Of a DNA stretch of 20,000 bases, positions 18,901 to 20,000 are shown one piece after another. Position 1 is the stretch's first letter; each line of letters starts with the position of its first letter. The DNA is from Candidatus Lindowbacteria bacterium RIFCSPLOWO2_12_FULL_62_27 (GTDB taxonomy: Bacteria; Lindowbacteria; 2-12-FULL-62-27): contig MFPR01000028.1 in NCBI GenBank assembly GCA_001784175.1, forward strand, positions 372,037 through 392,036. Direction: 5' to 3'. A program made the position numbers and the translations under genes. Under the pieces are notes generated by a model. That model was not told the origin of the DNA. It was given only the letters and a program-made list of their open reading frames with translations, and searched no databases.

Positions 18901-20000
18901 CGCGTACGCGGGCGCGCTGATCATCGACACGGAGCGGATCATTCTGACGGAGACCACGGACGTGAGCGGCATCTTCCGTCGCGCGTCCATCGCCGTGACG
19001 GACACGGTCTCGGCGCCGGGCGAAAACGACGGCGTGGTGAGCTGGGGCGTATCGGACACCCTGCACGTGGTCTACACGGACGTTCTGGGCGCGAGCGAGA
19101 CGACGAGCGACACGGCGCTGGCGATCGAGATCGTGACGAGCGCGAGCCTGACCATCACACAGGACGCGGGCTACCTGGACGCGTCGGACACGTTCCGGAC
19201 GCGGGACCTGTTTAACATCGTCCTTGCGGACACGGACGAGAACCGGAATCCGCAGTTGACCGACACGGTCTACGTGACCGTGTACGTGGGCAACGGCGTG
19301 GTGGAAGGTGACGCGGCCGCGTACGTTCTGGACACGGAGGTGTTGATTCTGACGGAGAGTTCGAACGTGAGCGGCATTTTCATGGCGACGGTGGTGGTGA
19401 CGGACACGGTGTCGGCCCCGGGCGTGAACGACGGGGTGACGAGCTGGGGCCGGAACGACACGGCGCACATCGCGTACACGGACGTGAACGGCACGAGCGA
19501 AACGACGAGCGACACCGCGCTGGCGCTGGAGATCGTGACGACCGGCCGCGTGATTTTCTACGAGGACGCGGCCTACGGCGACGACGTGGACACGTTCCTG
19601 ACGCGGGATGTGATGTACCTCGCCGTGCACGACACGGACGAGAACCGCAATCCCCAACGCGCGGACACGGTGCAGGTGACGGTATACATCGGCAACGGCA
19701 CGGCGGAGGGTGACGCGGCGCGTCTGGTCCTGGACACGGAGATTTTGATTCTGACGGAGAGCACGAACGTCAGCGGCATTTTCCGAAGCGGCGCGGTGAA
19801 CCTGACCGACACGGTGACGCCGGGCGTGAACGACGGGACCGCAAGCTGGGGCCGGTCGGACACGATGCATGTCGTGTACCAGGACGTGACGGGCACGAAC
19901 GAGAACCTGAGCGACACGGCGCTGGCGCTGGAGATCGTGACGACGGCGGCGGTATCGGTGATCGAGGACATCGGCTTTACGGACGACGTCGACACGCTGC
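12938..20000 (+). CDS. Giant secreted repetitive surface protein, >2300 aa, 3' end outside the window, start uncertain (ATG 12884, TTG 12938 or ATT 12980)
   Basis: Manual translation of + frame 2 found no stop through 20000, and the ORF track lists no terminated frame-2 + ORF here. Signal-like KSIPGPVFVVLILTAVVYGLMPAAPAEG, lamin-tail-domain-like QYIELYNPTPRVVNLGSFEI, then tandem ~135-aa repeats. Confidence 0.92.
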   Translation, partial: MGLTKWTGAGENKSIKSIPGPVFVVLILTAVVYGLMPAAPAEGLLFSDTLVFSRLYPFPGPFGSDFEDDAQYIELYNPTPRVVNLGSFEIDFRATNCGDLDGTQNLNSMTAGDTDAIGAFGYYVIGNFDAGDGVNIKGQNFGVGPAYLDALALSIDDGDLVNTDNILTGAANDGTTNIQDDHQPLLLENVGTNNPVDSIYIADGAGTVRYLGNNEMNGYEAVVRLPGRRGFHKQHTWRAGAGMRVSLTNPGAILTDSTAINFVYDTSGTNGYASNIDSQPHNTASPRERPIFLVTPLLPTVYMNDTFVVAVTVVGRYEVSTDADSMWRLWAWPDGAAPGFDTVVQDYSAETFGRFAFSNVKFAGGNTYLYSDALGRSQDTSGAQGDRRTEWWFNSGVCTSTMKLFSRGTPDYDTWTRTPADSVNSNHLLTYEDGYCTGYAYIFVQTHASARFVQRVWTENSDTTKAYAGRAVYIQVDDTDQDMTTGLDNLTVIVWSKLGGDTERYVLTEHASGTDGTSNQFVDSFGLWLSADKATGGLQNDSILFVYEADSVFVWYIDPNDPMGDTLWGDTVHVEYSTCTVDWRNASYSGGADTYTQTLDSGHIELRDMNANRTPWLRDTIAVIVRSDTTADSMTVVLIETTETSGIFRIDYAGANRVTFSNTAPLPALYNDSILLHVHLDSAIVVYRDPYDSQWGDANDTSNDTVRIHNWQQAAVTGMFDDAAYTDGVDTYSTRDFLYLIVTDTDENREPLKTETVVVTVWVGNGTLEGEASGLILDTEEIVLTEVSTAAGIFRNTNNPGLLTDTVIPSAQDGFISWGRSDTLLLRYIDKENTHGYTTDTVFDTALAIEIPSTVALQIFEQQNYTDEVDSYITRDYLFIWLTDTDENRNPQRADTVYVTVYVGNGTTEVDAAGLVIDTEVLILTESSNVSGIFRSDTVVLTDTVSAPGVNDGYVSWGIADTLHVAYTDVTGLGETASDTALAQDSQSTARVTLFENRDYTDDVDTYLVRDLLYIAVFDTDENRNPQRRDTVAVTVYVGNGSLEGDAASLVLDTERLILTESGNVSGIFQSDTVHLTDTIVPSANDGWVSWGREDTIHVVYSDTGSDIWSDTALAVEIATAALLNIYDQPYDDVVDTFSTRDVLYIQVVDTDENRNPQRSDTIRVTVYVGNGTAEGDAAGLVIDTEILILTESTQVSGLFQSGAVTLTDTVSAPGVNDGTVSWGRSDTIHVAYTDASGATENQSDSALGLEIVTTAAVSVIEDIGFTDIVDTLMTRDIFYVWVQDTDENHNPQRQDTVQVVAYIGNGTLEGEAAGYIIDTQTIVLTESSNVSGIFRSDTFVINDTEVPSTENSRLSWGRNDTLHVTYTDGTGTTETGSDTALALEIASSATLPQFYEQSNYTDDVDTFLTRDVAFIQIQDTDENRNPQRADTIDVLVYVGNGTLEGEAASLVLDTERLILTESTNVSGIFQSGAVNLTDTISPAVNDGTVSWGRSDTAQAVYTDVTGASETTSDTALAIEIATTVTVSIIEDIGFTDDIDTLLTRDVFYVQAQDTDENRNPQRADTVSVTAYIGNGTLEGEAAGLVLDTQTIVLTESSNVSGLFRSDTFVINDTEVPAAENTRLSWGRNDTLYIAYTDVTGASETGSDTALALEIATPATAAIYDDIGFTDVADTLSTRDMFYVQVHDTDENRNPQRADTIYVMAYIGNGTLEWDAAGLVLDTQTMVLTENTSVSGIFRSDTWIAVDTQAVSAENGRIEWGYIDTLHVTYTDVTGTSETATDTVVAVDITTTATLPQFYENSGYSDDVDTFFVRDAFYIQVQDTDENRNPQRADTIFVLVYVGNGTTEVDAAGLVIDTQTVVLTENGVVTGIFQSGGVALTDTESPSVENSRVSWGRSDTLHAVYRDVSGVSETTSDTALALEIVSGATLPQLYEESGYSDDVDTYLTRDFMYITLQDTDENRNPQRPDTVSVLVYVGNSQGNGTEVGAYAGALIIDTERIILTETTDVSGIFRRASIAVTDTVSAPGENDGVVSWGVSDTLHVVYTDVLGASETTSDTALAIEIVTSASLTITQDAGYLDASDTFRTRDLFNIVLADTDENRNPQLTDTVYVTVYVGNGVVEGDAAAYVLDTEVLILTESSNVSGIFMATVVVTDTVSAPGVNDGVTSWGRNDTAHIAYTDVNGTSETTSDTALALEIVTTGRVIFYEDAAYGDDVDTFLTRDVMYLAVHDTDENRNPQRADTVQVTVYIGNGTAEGDAARLVLDTEILILTESTNVSGIFRSGAVNLTDTVTPGVNDGTASWGRSDTMHVVYQDVTGTNENLSDTALALEIVTTAAVSVIEDIGFTDDVDTL
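14270..20000 (+). repeat. Coding tandem repeat array, unit ~390-420 bp, at least 14 units
   Basis: DTDEN motifs start at 15167, 15587, 15992, 16385, 16790, 17195, 17597, 17999, 18404, 18809, 19229 and 19631. Diverged copies lie at 14369 (DTDQD) and 14759 (DMNAN). Consensus ...DTDENRNPQRADTV.V.VYVGNGT.EG.AAGLV.DTE..ILTES.NVSGIF.S......DT......NDG.VSWGR.DT.HV.YTD..G..ET.SDTALA.EI. Confidence 0.95.

Noticed and set aside
15160-19660. Recurrent GACACGGACGAGAACCGCAA sequence as a possible CRISPR array or DGR repeat
   Set aside because: Spacing is ~400 bp and always a multiple of 3, the intervening DNA is homologous and coding, and no cas or reverse transcriptase gene is present.
14107-19995. Many long ORF-track entries on the - strand and other + frames (e.g. 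14219-16231, 17381-18733, 18734-19870)
   Set aside because: They are shadows of the giant frame-2 gene: Arg/His/Val-rich, repetitive only because the sense gene is, and without family motifs.

Overview
GC-rich bacterial DNA with nearly all genes on the + strand. The left 8.2 kb is a tightly packed run: the 3' part of an SsnA-like amidohydrolase, glyA, a YgeY-like M20 hydrolase, a DUF151/bifunctional-nuclease-family protein, an HDOD protein, a lone ABC-type substrate-binding lipoprotein and a membrane hybrid histidine kinase. Next come a secreted Kelch beta-propeller protein, a membrane-anchored class A beta-lactamase-like serine hydrolase and an Xis-like HTH-receiver regulator. A ~0.9 kb region follows with several hairpins, a GATTTTG tandem repeat and two tiny coupled membrane-peptide ORFs on the - strand, one of them below the ORF-track cutoff. 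The last ~7 kb is one + strand ORF with no stop in the window, so the ORF track misses it. It encodes a >2300-aa secreted protein with a lamin-tail-like N-terminus and at least 14 tandem ~135-aa acidic repeats, rich in Asp-Thr and almost free of Lys and Cys. The most unusual non-coding feature is a perfect 52-bp palindrome built from TGATATCA units (816-867) just upstream of glyA. All family assignments come from motif recognition by eye; no searches were run.
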